Shown here: in pieces, positions 18,376-27,270 of the stretch
Layout: every line of letters begins with the position of its first letter
Numbering within the stretch: position 1 is the stretch's first letter
From: Minisyncoccota bacterium
GTDB taxonomy: Bacteria > Patescibacteriota > Minisyncoccia > Phycocordibacterales > Zambryskibacteraceae
NCBI GenBank assembly: GCA_036517475.1
Contig: DATDVZ010000002.1
Coordinates: 1 to 45,607 of the forward strand
Direction: 5' to 3'
DNA length: 45,607 nt
The notes under the pieces: generated by a model
Told to the model about the DNA's origin: nothing
The model's database searches: none
The model's input: the letters and a program-made list of their open reading frames with translations, nothing else
Translations under genes and position numbers: made by a program

Positions 18376-18968
18376 TGCCGTACAGAATCTATAATACAAA
18401 AGCAGTTATTTTAAAAAGCAGCCCACATGGTGAGGCGGATAAAAACATAATAATGCTAACAGAAGACCTGGGGCTGATAAGAGCACAAGCCAAGGGAGTA
18501 CGTTATGAAAAATCAAAATTAAATTCCAAGCTTCAGGAAATGAACTTATCAGAGGTTGGTTTGGTGCGTGGTAAAAATTCATGGAGGCTGACAAGCGCCA
18601 TTGGAATTCAGAATTACTTCAGATTACTAAGAAACCAAAAATCCAAAGTTCAGGTCTTCTCAAGAGTACTGAATCTTATCCTTCAGCTGATACATGGTGA
18701 GGAAAAAAATTCCCACCTTTTCAATTTGATAGCTGATGCTGGTAATTTTCTCATTAAAAAAAATTTAAGCACCAATGAGATTATGATTTTTGAGCTGATT
18801 CTTGTTTTGAGGGTTCTTGAACAGCTTGGTTATATAAATCAAAGGGGTGAATTGAAAGAACTCACAAATAGTTCTTGGGGGGAGGCGATTGCGATCGGAG
18901 AAAAAAGCAAGCAAAAAATAGTTGCAGGCATAAATAATGCGCTAAAAGAAAGCCACCTTGGGGTATAA
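18375..18968 (+). CDS. recO: DNA repair protein RecO
   Basis: RecO N-terminal OB pattern (KAVILKSSPHGEADKNIIMLTEDLGLIRAQAKGVRYEKSKL). The start overlaps the ileS stop. Confidence 0.55.
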   Translation: MPYRIYNTKAVILKSSPHGEADKNIIMLTEDLGLIRAQAKGVRYEKSKLNSKLQEMNLSEVGLVRGKNSWRLTSAIGIQNYFRLLRNQKSKVQVFSRVLNLILQLIHGEEKNSHLFNLIADAGNFLIKKNLSTNEIMIFELILVLRVLEQLGYINQRGELKELTNSSWGEAIAIGEKSKQKIVAGINNALKESHLGV

Positions 18969-19084
18969 CCCCATGAGATGCAGTTAAAAAAATATGGTGT
19001 ATATTTTTTTAGATAGACGGTTTTAAATAGGCAGTATTGAAGCGGCTCTAGTCTATAGTAGGTAACTATCTCACGGGGTATAAT
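18960..19084. repeat. ~120-bp inverted-repeat-bounded element, copy 1 (TAACCCCATGAGATG ... ATCTCACGGGGTATAAT)
   Basis: The terminal 13-mers at 18968-18980 and 19068-19080 are reverse complements with one mismatch. The right end is fused to the -10 TATAAT box at 19079-19084. The interior resembles copy 2 (ACGGTTTTAA...AGTATTGAA). Confidence 0.45.
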
Positions 19085-19127
19085 AGCTTATGATTTATAG
19101 TTAGAATGATTATTAATACTGCAAAGA

Positions 19128-21035
19128 ATGCCTAAAAATAAACTGGAAAAACTTGAGGAAAGGTTATATTCGAGAAAATTTGAACCTGGTAAAAGTGAGA
19201 GATTTGCGCTCGGCAAGGACGATGCACAAGAGTCAAAATCTTGGGAAGATAAAGAAGGGGTGAGTGATCTTATCAGGACGCATCTTGATGATAGAGATAA
19301 AAAAGGAAAGTTGCTTAAAAAAATTCTGGTCTCTTCAATAATCTTTTTTGCTGTCGCGGTTTTAGTTTCATTTTTTATTTTTTTTGGCGGCAGAAATGCT
19401 GTCTCTTCTAAAAATATAGGTATTTCTGTAAGTGGCCCAAGCACAGTTGCTGGGGGAGAAATTCTCTCTCTTGATGTTACGGTTAGTAATGATAATAATG
19501 TTGCGCTTCGTAATGTGGTTTTAATTGTAGAGTATCCAAATGGCACCAAAGTTGCCCTTGATCTTTCCAAGGAGCTTACCAGAGCGCGAGAGACAATTGA
19601 CAAAATTGATGCGCGAGCAAGACTTACAAAAAATTTCAAGGCAGTGCTTTTCGGCGAGAAAGAGGAGATAAAGCAGATTAAATTCACTCTTGAATACCGT
19701 CTTGAAGGATCAAGTGCACTCTTCAGCAAAGACAAGTTTTTTGAAATCCTTATCAAATCTTCTCCAGTAATACTGGAATTAAATTATCCTAACGAGGTAA
19801 ATTCAGGAAAACCATTTGAGATAATTCTAAGTTTATCTTCAAACAGTTTGGAAACTCTAAAAAATGTTTTATTAACGGCAACATTTCCATTTGGTTTCAG
19901 CTTTTCTGATTCGGAGCCCAGAGCATCTGATGGTAATAATGTCTGGAAAATTGGGGATTTGGAAAGCGGGGAGAAAAAGCTGATAAAGATTCACGGCAGT
20001 ATTATTGGAGAAGATGAAGATGAGAGAACATTCAATTTTTCTGCGGGGATTGAGGGCAGAGAACAAAATGTCATTGAAGCGAACTTCACGACATCAATTG
20101 CTACAATTTTTATTAAAAAACCGTTTATATCTTTATCTGTCACAATAGATGGTAAAAACCCCGAAGACTTCTCTGTCATTCCTGGGCAAAAATCAAAAGT
20201 TAATATTGTCTGGTCCAATAATTTACCCGAAACGGTAAATAACATGAAAATTGAGGCAAAAATTGAGGGAGTTGTGCTTGATCGTTCATCAGTAATTACT
20301 ACAGAGGGTGGGTTTTATAGGTCATTTGACAATACTATTGTCTGGGATAGAGGCAGTGACCCTGATTTTGATTCCGTCTCCTCTGGTGAAAAGGGTGTTG
20401 TCGGATTCTCGTTTGCTCCAATTTCAAATATTTCATCATCTCTGCGCAATCAAAAAATTGTGTTAAATATTAGCGCATCTGGCAATATTTCTTCTCCGAC
20501 TGGTTCCAAACCAGTATCTTCTAGCATTTCTGAAGATATAAAGATATATTCCGCACTTGGTCTTAGCGGTATGGCCGTAAGATCCATTGGTCCATTTGAG
20601 AATATGGGTCCTATACCACCAAAAGCTGACAATGAAACTACTTACACAATTATTTTTTCACTCTCAAGCCCATTCAATGATATAAATTCTGTTGAAGTGA
20701 CAGGTAGCTTACCCTCTTATATTGCTTGGAAAAATCTCACATCACCTTTAAATGAAAATGTAACATATGATGAAAATAGGAGGGTTGTAACTTGGAAAGC
20801 CGGCATTGTACGTGCGGGTTTGGGTAGTGGAAATACAAGGCAAGTCGCTTTTCAGATTTCTCTTACACCCAGTTTAAGTCAAGTAGGTAATCTAGTTAAT
20901 TTGCTGACCGATATTGTAGCAACAGGTTTTGATCAGTTTACAAACCAGAATCAAAGAGTGACAATTTCTTCAATCACTACACGCACTATTTCTGATCCGC
21001 AGTTTAAGGAAGGTGATGATAAGGTGGTGAAATAA
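19128..21035 (+). CDS. membrane-anchored large surface protein with Ig-like/CARDB-type repeats
   Basis: Charged N-terminus and one TM helix (ILVSSIIFFAVAVLVSFFIFF). A ~540-aa extracellular region follows, with repeated beta-rich segments. Confidence 0.55.
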   Translation: MPKNKLEKLEERLYSRKFEPGKSERFALGKDDAQESKSWEDKEGVSDLIRTHLDDRDKKGKLLKKILVSSIIFFAVAVLVSFFIFFGGRNAVSSKNIGISVSGPSTVAGGEILSLDVTVSNDNNVALRNVVLIVEYPNGTKVALDLSKELTRARETIDKIDARARLTKNFKAVLFGEKEEIKQIKFTLEYRLEGSSALFSKDKFFEILIKSSPVILELNYPNEVNSGKPFEIILSLSSNSLETLKNVLLTATFPFGFSFSDSEPRASDGNNVWKIGDLESGEKKLIKIHGSIIGEDEDERTFNFSAGIEGREQNVIEANFTTSIATIFIKKPFISLSVTIDGKNPEDFSVIPGQKSKVNIVWSNNLPETVNNMKIEAKIEGVVLDRSSVITTEGGFYRSFDNTIVWDRGSDPDFDSVSSGEKGVVGFSFAPISNISSSLRNQKIVLNISASGNISSPTGSKPVSSSISEDIKIYSALGLSGMAVRSIGPFENMGPIPPKADNETTYTIIFSLSSPFNDINSVEVTGSLPSYIAWKNLTSPLNENVTYDENRRVVTWKAGIVRAGLGSGNTRQVAFQISLTPSLSQVGNLVNLLTDIVATGFDQFTNQNQRVTISSITTRTISDPQFKEGDDKVVK

Positions 21036-21073
21036 CCAACAACTAACAACTAACAACCAATAACTAACAACTG
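21035..21073. repeat. heptamer tandem repeat (CTAACAA-like x5) in the intergenic region upstream of glyQS
   Basis: The sequence is AACCAACAACTAACAACTAACAACCAATAACTAACAACTGG. Confidence 0.65.
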
Positions 21074-21082
21074 GCCAAATAA

Positions 21083-22405
21083 ATGCAAAAAGAAAACAAC
21101 AAAATGGAGAAAATAGTCAGTCTGTGTAAGCGCCGTGGTTTTGTATTTCCCGGTTCGGAAATCTACGGCGGGCTTTCTGGAATATATGATTACGGACCAC
21201 TTGGTGTAGAACTTCGGCACAATATTAAGCAATATTTTTGGACTAAATTTATTGCAGAGCGTGAGGATGTTTACGGAATGAGCGCCGCGATTCTAATGCC
21301 TGAAAAAGTTTGGCAAGCGAGTGGGCATACAGAGCTTTTCACTGATCCTCTCGTCGAATGCAAAATTTGCCACGCTCGCTTTCGTGCGGACCAGCCGGAA
21401 GTTATTGCAGAGCACGAAATTTCTCACAAAAAGGAAACAATTGGTTGGTCGGAACCAAAAGTATTTAATCTTCTTGTGGAAACCAAACTCGGCGCTTCGG
21501 AAGAAACAGCGATGAAGGTGTATTTGCGCGGAGAGATCACCCAAGGTGTGCATGTGAACTTTAAAAATGTTTTGGATTCTATGCATCCGAAGTTTCCTTT
21601 CGGTATTGGTCAGATCGGCAAGGCATTTAGAAATGAGATAACCCCCCGAGACTTCCTTTTTCGTCAGCGCGAGTTTGAACAAATGGAACTTCAATACTAC
21701 ATAAAACCTGACGAAGCAGAGGGTAAAAAGCAATTTGAATCTTGGAAAGAATTTTCACTCGACTGGTATTATGGACTCGGCTTTAAAAAGAGCAGTTTGC
21801 GTCTTCGCCAGCATGCTCCCGACGAACGGGCACATTATGCTAAAGATGCTTGGGATATTGAATATAATATTCCTGAAATTGGATGGAAAGAAGCGTGGGG
21901 TATACACCACCGTGGTGATTGGGATCTCAAGCGTCATTCAGAGTATTCCGGAGCTGATCTTTCTTATTATGATGAGGAGACGAGAGAGCGCTTTATCCCT
22001 TGGGATATTGAGTGCTCGGGTGGAGTTGATCGGGCAGTATTGTTTGTTCTTCTTGAAGCCTACACTGAGGACACAATGAATGAAGAGCCGCGCTCGTATT
22101 TGAAATTAGCAACTCACCTGGCCCCAATCCGTGTTGCAGTTTTTCCCCTTTTAAAAAACAAACCTGAATTAGTCAAAAAAGCTCGCGAAGTTTATTCAGA
22201 AATAAAAAGACAAATTCCCAGCGCAGTCTTTGATGATAATGGAAATATAGGGAAACGATATAGAAGGCAGGATGAAATAGGTACCCCGCATTGTATAACA
22301 ATTGATTTTGAAACACTTGAAAATGAAACAGTGACTTTACGTGATCGCAATACAGGAAAACAAGAGAGGGTTGACATAAAAAATTTATCTAGTATTTTAC
22401 TCTAA
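21083..22405 (+). CDS. glyQS: glycine--tRNA ligase (alpha2 homodimeric type)
   Basis: MEKIVSLCKRRGFVFPGSEIYGGLSGIYDYGPLG is the canonical GlyRS N-terminus. The start is probably at the second Met (21104). Confidence 0.9.
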   Translation: MQKENNKMEKIVSLCKRRGFVFPGSEIYGGLSGIYDYGPLGVELRHNIKQYFWTKFIAEREDVYGMSAAILMPEKVWQASGHTELFTDPLVECKICHARFRADQPEVIAEHEISHKKETIGWSEPKVFNLLVETKLGASEETAMKVYLRGEITQGVHVNFKNVLDSMHPKFPFGIGQIGKAFRNEITPRDFLFRQREFEQMELQYYIKPDEAEGKKQFESWKEFSLDWYYGLGFKKSSLRLRQHAPDERAHYAKDAWDIEYNIPEIGWKEAWGIHHRGDWDLKRHSEYSGADLSYYDEETRERFIPWDIECSGGVDRAVLFVLLEAYTEDTMNEEPRSYLKLATHLAPIRVAVFPLLKNKPELVKKAREVYSEIKRQIPSAVFDDNGNIGKRYRRQDEIGTPHCITIDFETLENETVTLRDRNTGKQERVDIKNLSSILL

Positions 22406-22435
22406 GTTTTTGTACCCAAACACAGGAGTAAAAAC

Positions 22436-22720
22436 TTGAGAAAAAAAAGCTGGCTTTCTAATCATCTGAGAGACCCCAAAAATCGCCTCGCTTTTGAGCA
22501 AGAGGGGATTGTTGTTGAAGTCATGGAAGAAATTTCCAGGGTTATGGAAGCTAAGAAAATCACCGAGAGAAGATTGGCCAAAATTCTTCATAAATCGCAG
22601 CGGCACATTACCATGTGTTTCTCCGGTGAAAGAGAAGTGAGTCTTCGCGAACTTGCCAAATGGGCATTTGTTCTTGGAAGGAGAGTTAAGATCAAACTTA
22701 TTCCTCTGCGTAAATACTGA
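22436..22720 (+). CDS. small XRE-family HTH protein
   Basis: ITERRLAKILHKSQRHITMCFSGEREVSLRELAKWAFVLG fits a Cro/C1 HTH. The start codon is uncertain (TTG at 22436 or an internal ATG). Confidence 0.45.
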   Translation: MRKKSWLSNHLRDPKNRLAFEQEGIVVEVMEEISRVMEAKKITERRLAKILHKSQRHITMCFSGEREVSLRELAKWAFVLGRRVKIKLIPLRKY

Positions 22721-22726
22721 AAAATC

Positions 22727-22752
22727 GGCTCTCCTAAGGGAGAGCCTTTTAT
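22727..22752 (+). terminator. rho-independent terminator GGCTCTCC-taag-GGAGAGCC-TTTT
   Basis: Perfect 8-bp stem followed by a T-run. Confidence 0.7.
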
Positions 22753-22789
22753 TTGTTCTATTTCTATTTTTTGATAAACTCCTTTTACT

Positions 22790-24058
22790 ATGCGTTTCCA
22801 TAAAAAAACATTTAAAAATGGTCTGCGTTTAATTACAGTTCCGATAACAGGTGCGCCTACGGCCACAGTTATGGTAATGGCGCAGGCGGGCGCAAGTTAT
22901 GAAAATAAAAAAAACGAAGGAATTTCACATTTTCTTGAACATATGGCATTTAAAGGAACACTGCGTCGTCCATCAAGTAAAGAAATCAACTCAGAGTTAG
23001 ATTCAATCGGATCACGTTCAAATGCTTTTACTGGACATGAGTATACTTTCTATTACGCCAAAGCTCATCCCAAACAAGTTGAAAAAATAATTGATGTTTT
23101 GTCGGACATTTATCTCAATTCTACTTTTCCCGAAGCTGAAATTGAAAAAGAAAAAGGGGTAATAGTTGAAGAGATGAATATGGTTGAAGATTCTCCGCAG
23201 CGCCTTGCTCCTTATTTATTTTTAAAGTTGCTATATGGTGATACTCCTGCCGGAAGCAATATTTTAGGTCGAAAAGAAATAGTAAAGGCAATTAAAAGAG
23301 ATGATTTTTTAAGATATAAAAATGATCATTATCTGGCAGAGGGTACTGTTGTAATAGTTTCCGGCTCATTTAATAATAAAAAAATTGAAAAATTAATTGA
23401 AAAATCTTTTGCCAGCATACCTACCATTCCCAAAAAGGGTAAAGTTAGGGTGGCCGAATCGCAAAGCAAACCAAAGATTCTAATAAAAAAGAAAAAAACC
23501 GATCAGGTCCATCTGGTACTAGGTGTGCGTACTTGGGGTGCAAAGGATAAAAGAAACACTACATTGGCGCTTCTTAACACTATTCTTGGTGAAGGAATGA
23601 GCTCTCGTTTATGGCACCGTTTGCGTGAGGATTTGGGAATTTGCTACTACGTTCGTACTGAGGCAGATGAGTATACCGATCATGGTTATTTTGCAATATA
23701 TGCCGGAGTTGATAAAGATAGAGTTACTGAAGCCGTGGGCGCAATACTTGAAGAGTTGAGAAAAATAAAAAGTGAGCTTGTTGATGAAGTCGAACTTAAG
23801 AAAGCCAAAGATTTCCTTTCAGGCACTATGTATCTTGGACTTGAGTCATCCGATGAAATAGGCGCTTTTTATGCAATTCAGGAAGCTATAAGAGGTAAAC
23901 TTAAAACACCACAGCAATTAGAGAAGGAAATTCAAAAGATCAGTTCAAAAGAAATCTTAAGAATTGCAAAAGAAATTTTTCTAAACAAAAAACTTAATCT
24001 GGCAATAGTTGGCGATATCAAAAATCCAGAAAAATTTTCTTCTATTTTAAAAATTTAA
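22790..24058 (+). CDS. M16 family zinc peptidase (pitrilysin/insulinase-like)
   Basis: The inverted zinc motif HFLEHMAFKGT (HxxEH) lies near the N-terminus. Length is 422 aa. Confidence 0.8.
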   Translation: MRFHKKTFKNGLRLITVPITGAPTATVMVMAQAGASYENKKNEGISHFLEHMAFKGTLRRPSSKEINSELDSIGSRSNAFTGHEYTFYYAKAHPKQVEKIIDVLSDIYLNSTFPEAEIEKEKGVIVEEMNMVEDSPQRLAPYLFLKLLYGDTPAGSNILGRKEIVKAIKRDDFLRYKNDHYLAEGTVVIVSGSFNNKKIEKLIEKSFASIPTIPKKGKVRVAESQSKPKILIKKKKTDQVHLVLGVRTWGAKDKRNTTLALLNTILGEGMSSRLWHRLREDLGICYYVRTEADEYTDHGYFAIYAGVDKDRVTEAVGAILEELRKIKSELVDEVELKKAKDFLSGTMYLGLESSDEIGAFYAIQEAIRGKLKTPQQLEKEIQKISSKEILRIAKEIFLNKKLNLAIVGDIKNPEKFSSILKI

Positions 24059-24078
24059 ATTTGTGATATAGTTTTTTT

Positions 24079-25128
24079 ATGAATAATATAAGTATATCTT
24101 CAGGGACAATTGTCAGAGCAATACTTTTTGGTGTTCTTTTTTATTTTCTATTTTTAATAAAGGATGTAATTCTTATATTACTTACTGGTATTGTAATAGC
24201 CTCTGCTATTGAACCAGGCACGCGATGGTTTATCCGCCATAGAATTCCTAGGATTCCTGCAGTACTTGCGATTTATCTTGCCACAGCAGTTATTTTTGTT
24301 TCGGCTTTCTACTTTCTCCTAGTGCCCCTGGTAACTGAAACAGCAAATTTTCTCCAGACTCTTCCTGAATATTCACAGACTCTAAGTCAAAGTCAGAGTT
24401 TTCAGAATGTCACAGAGAATTCCGGCGACTTAATTCAAAACATTACTGAAGGTTTTTCACTGCCTTCAATTGCAAATACAGTGAATGCCGCGTTATCAAA
24501 GATATCTGCGGGTTTTTTCGGCACAGTTGACGTTATCTTCGGAGGTATTGCAAGCTTCTTATTGATAATTGTTCTTTCATTTTACTTAGCTGTACAGGAT
24601 GATGGTGTAGGGAAATTCCTCAAAATGGTAACGCCCGTTAGTCATGAAAAATACGTCGTTGGTCTATGGGAAAGGTCAAAAGAAAAAATCGGGCTTTGGA
24701 TGCAGGGCCAACTCTTACTCGCGATTATTGTAGGAATCATGACTTTTTTGGGTTTGACTATAATTGGTATAAAGGGGGCCTTACTCCTTGCTTTTTTTGC
24801 AGCAATTTTTGAAATCATTCCTTTATTCGGACCATTTCTTGCTGCAGTACCAGCAGTCCTGGTTGCATTTGTTGATGGCGGTTTAACCCTGGCATTAATT
24901 GCTACTGGACTCTATGTTGTTATCCAGCAGTTTGAATCTCAGCTCATCTATCCTTTGGTTGTAAAAAAAGTTATCGGAGTTCCTCCAATAATTTCAATTA
25001 TTGCCATTGTCGTGGGCCTTAAGCTGGGAGGTTTTTTGGGAGTAATTCTTTCAGTGCCCCTCGCAACAGTTCTCTTGGAGGTCTTAAGCGATCTGGAGAA
25101 AAGAAAGAAACTAACAACTAATAACTAA
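24079..25128 (+). CDS. AI-2E family transporter (PerM/UPF0118)
   Basis: Polytopic membrane protein with the AI-2E topology and conserved mid-region. Confidence 0.7.
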   Translation: MNNISISSGTIVRAILFGVLFYFLFLIKDVILILLTGIVIASAIEPGTRWFIRHRIPRIPAVLAIYLATAVIFVSAFYFLLVPLVTETANFLQTLPEYSQTLSQSQSFQNVTENSGDLIQNITEGFSLPSIANTVNAALSKISAGFFGTVDVIFGGIASFLLIIVLSFYLAVQDDGVGKFLKMVTPVSHEKYVVGLWERSKEKIGLWMQGQLLLAIIVGIMTFLGLTIIGIKGALLLAFFAAIFEIIPLFGPFLAAVPAVLVAFVDGGLTLALIATGLYVVIQQFESQLIYPLVVKKVIGVPPIISIIAIVVGLKLGGFLGVILSVPLATVLLEVLSDLEKRKKLTTNN

Positions 25129-25138
25129 CTACGAACCA
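25111..25138. repeat. heptamer tandem repeat CTAACAA-CTAATAA-CTAACTA-CGAACCA spanning the AI-2E gene stop
   Basis: It encodes the C-terminal KLTTNN and extends past the stop codon. Confidence 0.55.
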
Positions 25139-25203
25139 TCTAAAAGATTTTAAGTTTGGAAGTTTGTAAGCGTTTATTATATTTAATTTAAACAGATAAA
25201 CTT

Positions 25204-26124
25204 ATGAGCGAAGCGGAACTTAGTAACTTACCGACTTACTTTGACGTTCATTCGCATTTAAATTTTCCCGATTACGGGGACGAACTTTCTGAAATCATAA
25301 AAAGAATGAAAGAAGCGGGAGTATGGACTATTTGTATAGGAACTAACTTTAAAGATTCTCAAGTGGCAGTCGAGCTTGCAGAAAAACACGAGGGAATTTT
25401 TGCTTGTGTCGGTATTCACCCCATTAAAGAAGATCTACCCAAGGACTCCCCTTGGGAATTGGAATCTAAGGGGAGTCCTTGGGATTTTAATGAGACGGAA
25501 CTTGAAAAACTCGTAAATCACCCGAAGGTGGTTGCGGTGGGAGAGTGCGGACTTGATTACTTTTCCGCCCCAGGCGGACCCGCCTCTGGCGGAGGTGGTT
25601 TGAGCGAGGGTGAAAAAGACAGGCAGAGGGATCTTTTTAAAAAACAAATTGAGTTTGCACTTAAGCATGATAAACCTCTGATGATCCACGCGCGCTCTGC
25701 CTACGATGAAATAATCGAAATTCTTTTTGAGTATAAAAGAAAAGAGCTCGAGGACTCCCCTTGGGAATTGAAACTTAAGGGGAGTCCTCGAGACCCAGGG
25801 CTTCGAGGCAACATTCATTTTTTCACAGGAAATCTGGAGCAAGCCAAAAAATTTATTGATCTGGGTTTCACTCTTTCATTTGCCGGTCCGATCACTTTTG
25901 CAAGAGATTATGATGAAGTAATTAAAAATATCCCTATAGAGTCGATTCTTTCTGAGACCGATTCACCATTTGTTGCACCTGCTCCATATCGGGGTAAGCG
26001 CAACGAACCCTCCTATGTAATAGAGATTGTAAAAAAACTTGCCGAAATTCGTGAGGAAAACGAGGAAGTATTTCAAAAACAACTTGTCGCAAACGCTCTA
26101 GAGTTATTCCAAATAAAGCCTTAA
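25204..26124 (+). CDS. tatD: TatD family metal-dependent deoxyribonuclease, with three in-frame palindromic insertions
   Basis: FDVHSHLNF, GIHP, VAVGECGLDY, MIHAR and SETDSPF are all present. There are extra in-frame segments, DSPWELESKGSP and DSPWELKLKGSP, and a Gly-rich insert. Confidence 0.85.
   Translation: MSEAELSNLPTYFDVHSHLNFPDYGDELSEIIKRMKEAGVWTICIGTNFKDSQVAVELAEKHEGIFACVGIHPIKEDLPKDSPWELESKGSPWDFNETELEKLVNHPKVVAVGECGLDYFSAPGGPASGGGGLSEGEKDRQRDLFKKQIEFALKHDKPLMIHARSAYDEIIEILFEYKRKELEDSPWELKLKGSPRDPGLRGNIHFFTGNLEQAKKFIDLGFTLSFAGPITFARDYDEVIKNIPIESILSETDSPFVAPAPYRGKRNEPSYVIEIVKKLAEIREENEEVFQKQLVANALELFQIKP
25443..25478. repeat. 36-nt palindromic element copy 1 (GGACTCCCCTT-14nt-AAGGGGAGTCC) inside tatD ORF
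   Basis: The 11-bp arms are perfect reverse complements. The element is in-frame and encodes DSPWELESKGSP. Confidence 0.7.
25752..25787. repeat. 36-nt palindromic element copy 2 inside tatD ORF (flanked by CTCGAG on both sides)
   Basis: Near-identical to copy 1. It encodes DSPWELKLKGSP. The palindrome extends to 14 bp when the CGAG/CTCG flanks are included. Confidence 0.7.
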
Positions 26125-26321
26125 AATAAAACAACCTTTAGCTATTGGTCGTTTATATCTCAATGCAACCCTGTTAAGGTTAAACCTTGACATGTAATTG
26201 CAGAATTCCTGTTTCTTGATTCTATAAACCCATCATGCTACTCTAACCTCCTATCTAAAAGGTAGTTTATTAGTTAATCCGCTCCGCCAGCTGGCGGACG
26301 GAAGGGAATACCCATATAGAA

Positions 26322-26771
26322 ATGTCAGAGGAAAAATTAAATCGTATCTATGAAGTCGGATTTTTAGTCACCCCTTCCATTCCAGAGGAATCTATCAAAC
26401 AGGAGTTTCAAAAGACAAAGGAGAAAATTATTGAAGCTGGAGGATTGATTATATCCGAGGGAAATCCTGAAATGAAATCTCTAGCTTACACTCTTGAGAA
26501 AAAAGTTGAAGGAGTTTTAAGTAAATTTGATCAGGCATATTTGGGGTATATAAGATTTGAACTTAATCCTTCAGATTTGCCCCTTATAAATAAATTTTTG
26601 AATAGCCAAGCAAGCGTCATCCGCTTTATTATTATCGGCGTGGATATAGAAAAGGAGGCCGTAAAAACACACCCTTCAATTAGAGAAAAGAGTCCGCAGA
26701 TATCCGAACCGGCCGCTTTTTCAGAGGAAGAGATTGATAAAAGCATTGAGGAATTGATAAAGGAAAGTTGA
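26322..26771 (+). CDS. rpsF: 30S ribosomal protein S6
   Basis: The S6 fold pattern is present (YEVGFLVTP...LAYTLEKK...GYIRFE). It is the first gene of an rpsF-ssb-rpsR operon. Confidence 0.75.
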   Translation: MSEEKLNRIYEVGFLVTPSIPEESIKQEFQKTKEKIIEAGGLIISEGNPEMKSLAYTLEKKVEGVLSKFDQAYLGYIRFELNPSDLPLINKFLNSQASVIRFIIIGVDIEKEAVKTHPSIREKSPQISEPAAFSEEEIDKSIEELIKES

Positions 26772-26829
26772 TGAAGTTCAATAAGTTTGATAAGTTTGAT
26801 AAGTTGAATAATTAATTTTAATTAATATC

Positions 26830-27270
26830 ATGTATTTAAATAAGGTTTTCGTCTTTGGCAATCTAACAAGGGATCCGGAACTCAAAAGCCTTCCATCGGG
26901 GATTCAGGTATGTTCTTTTAGTGTTGCAACAAACAGAACATGGAAAAATAAGGAGGGCCAAAAACAAGAGAATGTTGAATTTCATAACATAGTTTTTTTT
27001 GGCAAACTCGCTGAGCTCATTGCGCAATACTTGAAGAAAGGCAGAAGTATTTTGGTGGAAGGGAGAATCCAGACGCGTTCATGGGATGCTCAGGATGGCA
27101 CAAAAAAATACAGAACTGAAATTATAGGAGAATCATTCCAGTTTGGTCCGGGTGGTTCTGCATCAGGTGCCGCACCTGCAGCTAAAGCGGAAGAACCCAA
27201 AGAGGAGTCTGATGCGGGTTCAATTGAATATCCTGAAAACGATATTAATCCGGATGATATACCATTTTGA
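26830..27270 (+). CDS. ssb: single-stranded DNA-binding protein
   Basis: OB-fold N-terminus (NKVFVFGNLTRDPELK...VATNRTWKNKEG), a G/P/A-rich linker, and an acidic tail ending DDIPF. Confidence 0.9.
   Translation: MYLNKVFVFGNLTRDPELKSLPSGIQVCSFSVATNRTWKNKEGQKQENVEFHNIVFFGKLAELIAQYLKKGRSILVEGRIQTRSWDAQDGTKKYRTEIIGESFQFGPGGSASGAAPAAKAEEPKEESDAGSIEYPENDINPDDIPF

Noticed and set aside
19088-19756. 222-aa minus-strand ORF
   Set aside because: It is fully antisense to the well-supported 19128-21035 surface-protein gene, has Ser/Leu-rich low-complexity translation, and has no RBS.
14883-25138. Heptamer tandem repeats as a CRISPR array
   Set aside because: The units are 7 nt long and directly tandem with no spacers. 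CRISPR repeats are 24-48 nt and separated by unique spacers. No cas genes are present.
25435-25842. 135-aa minus-strand ORF inside tatD
   Set aside because: It is antisense to a clearly conserved TatD. It exists only because the two palindromic inserts read similarly on both strands (PRGVL repeats).
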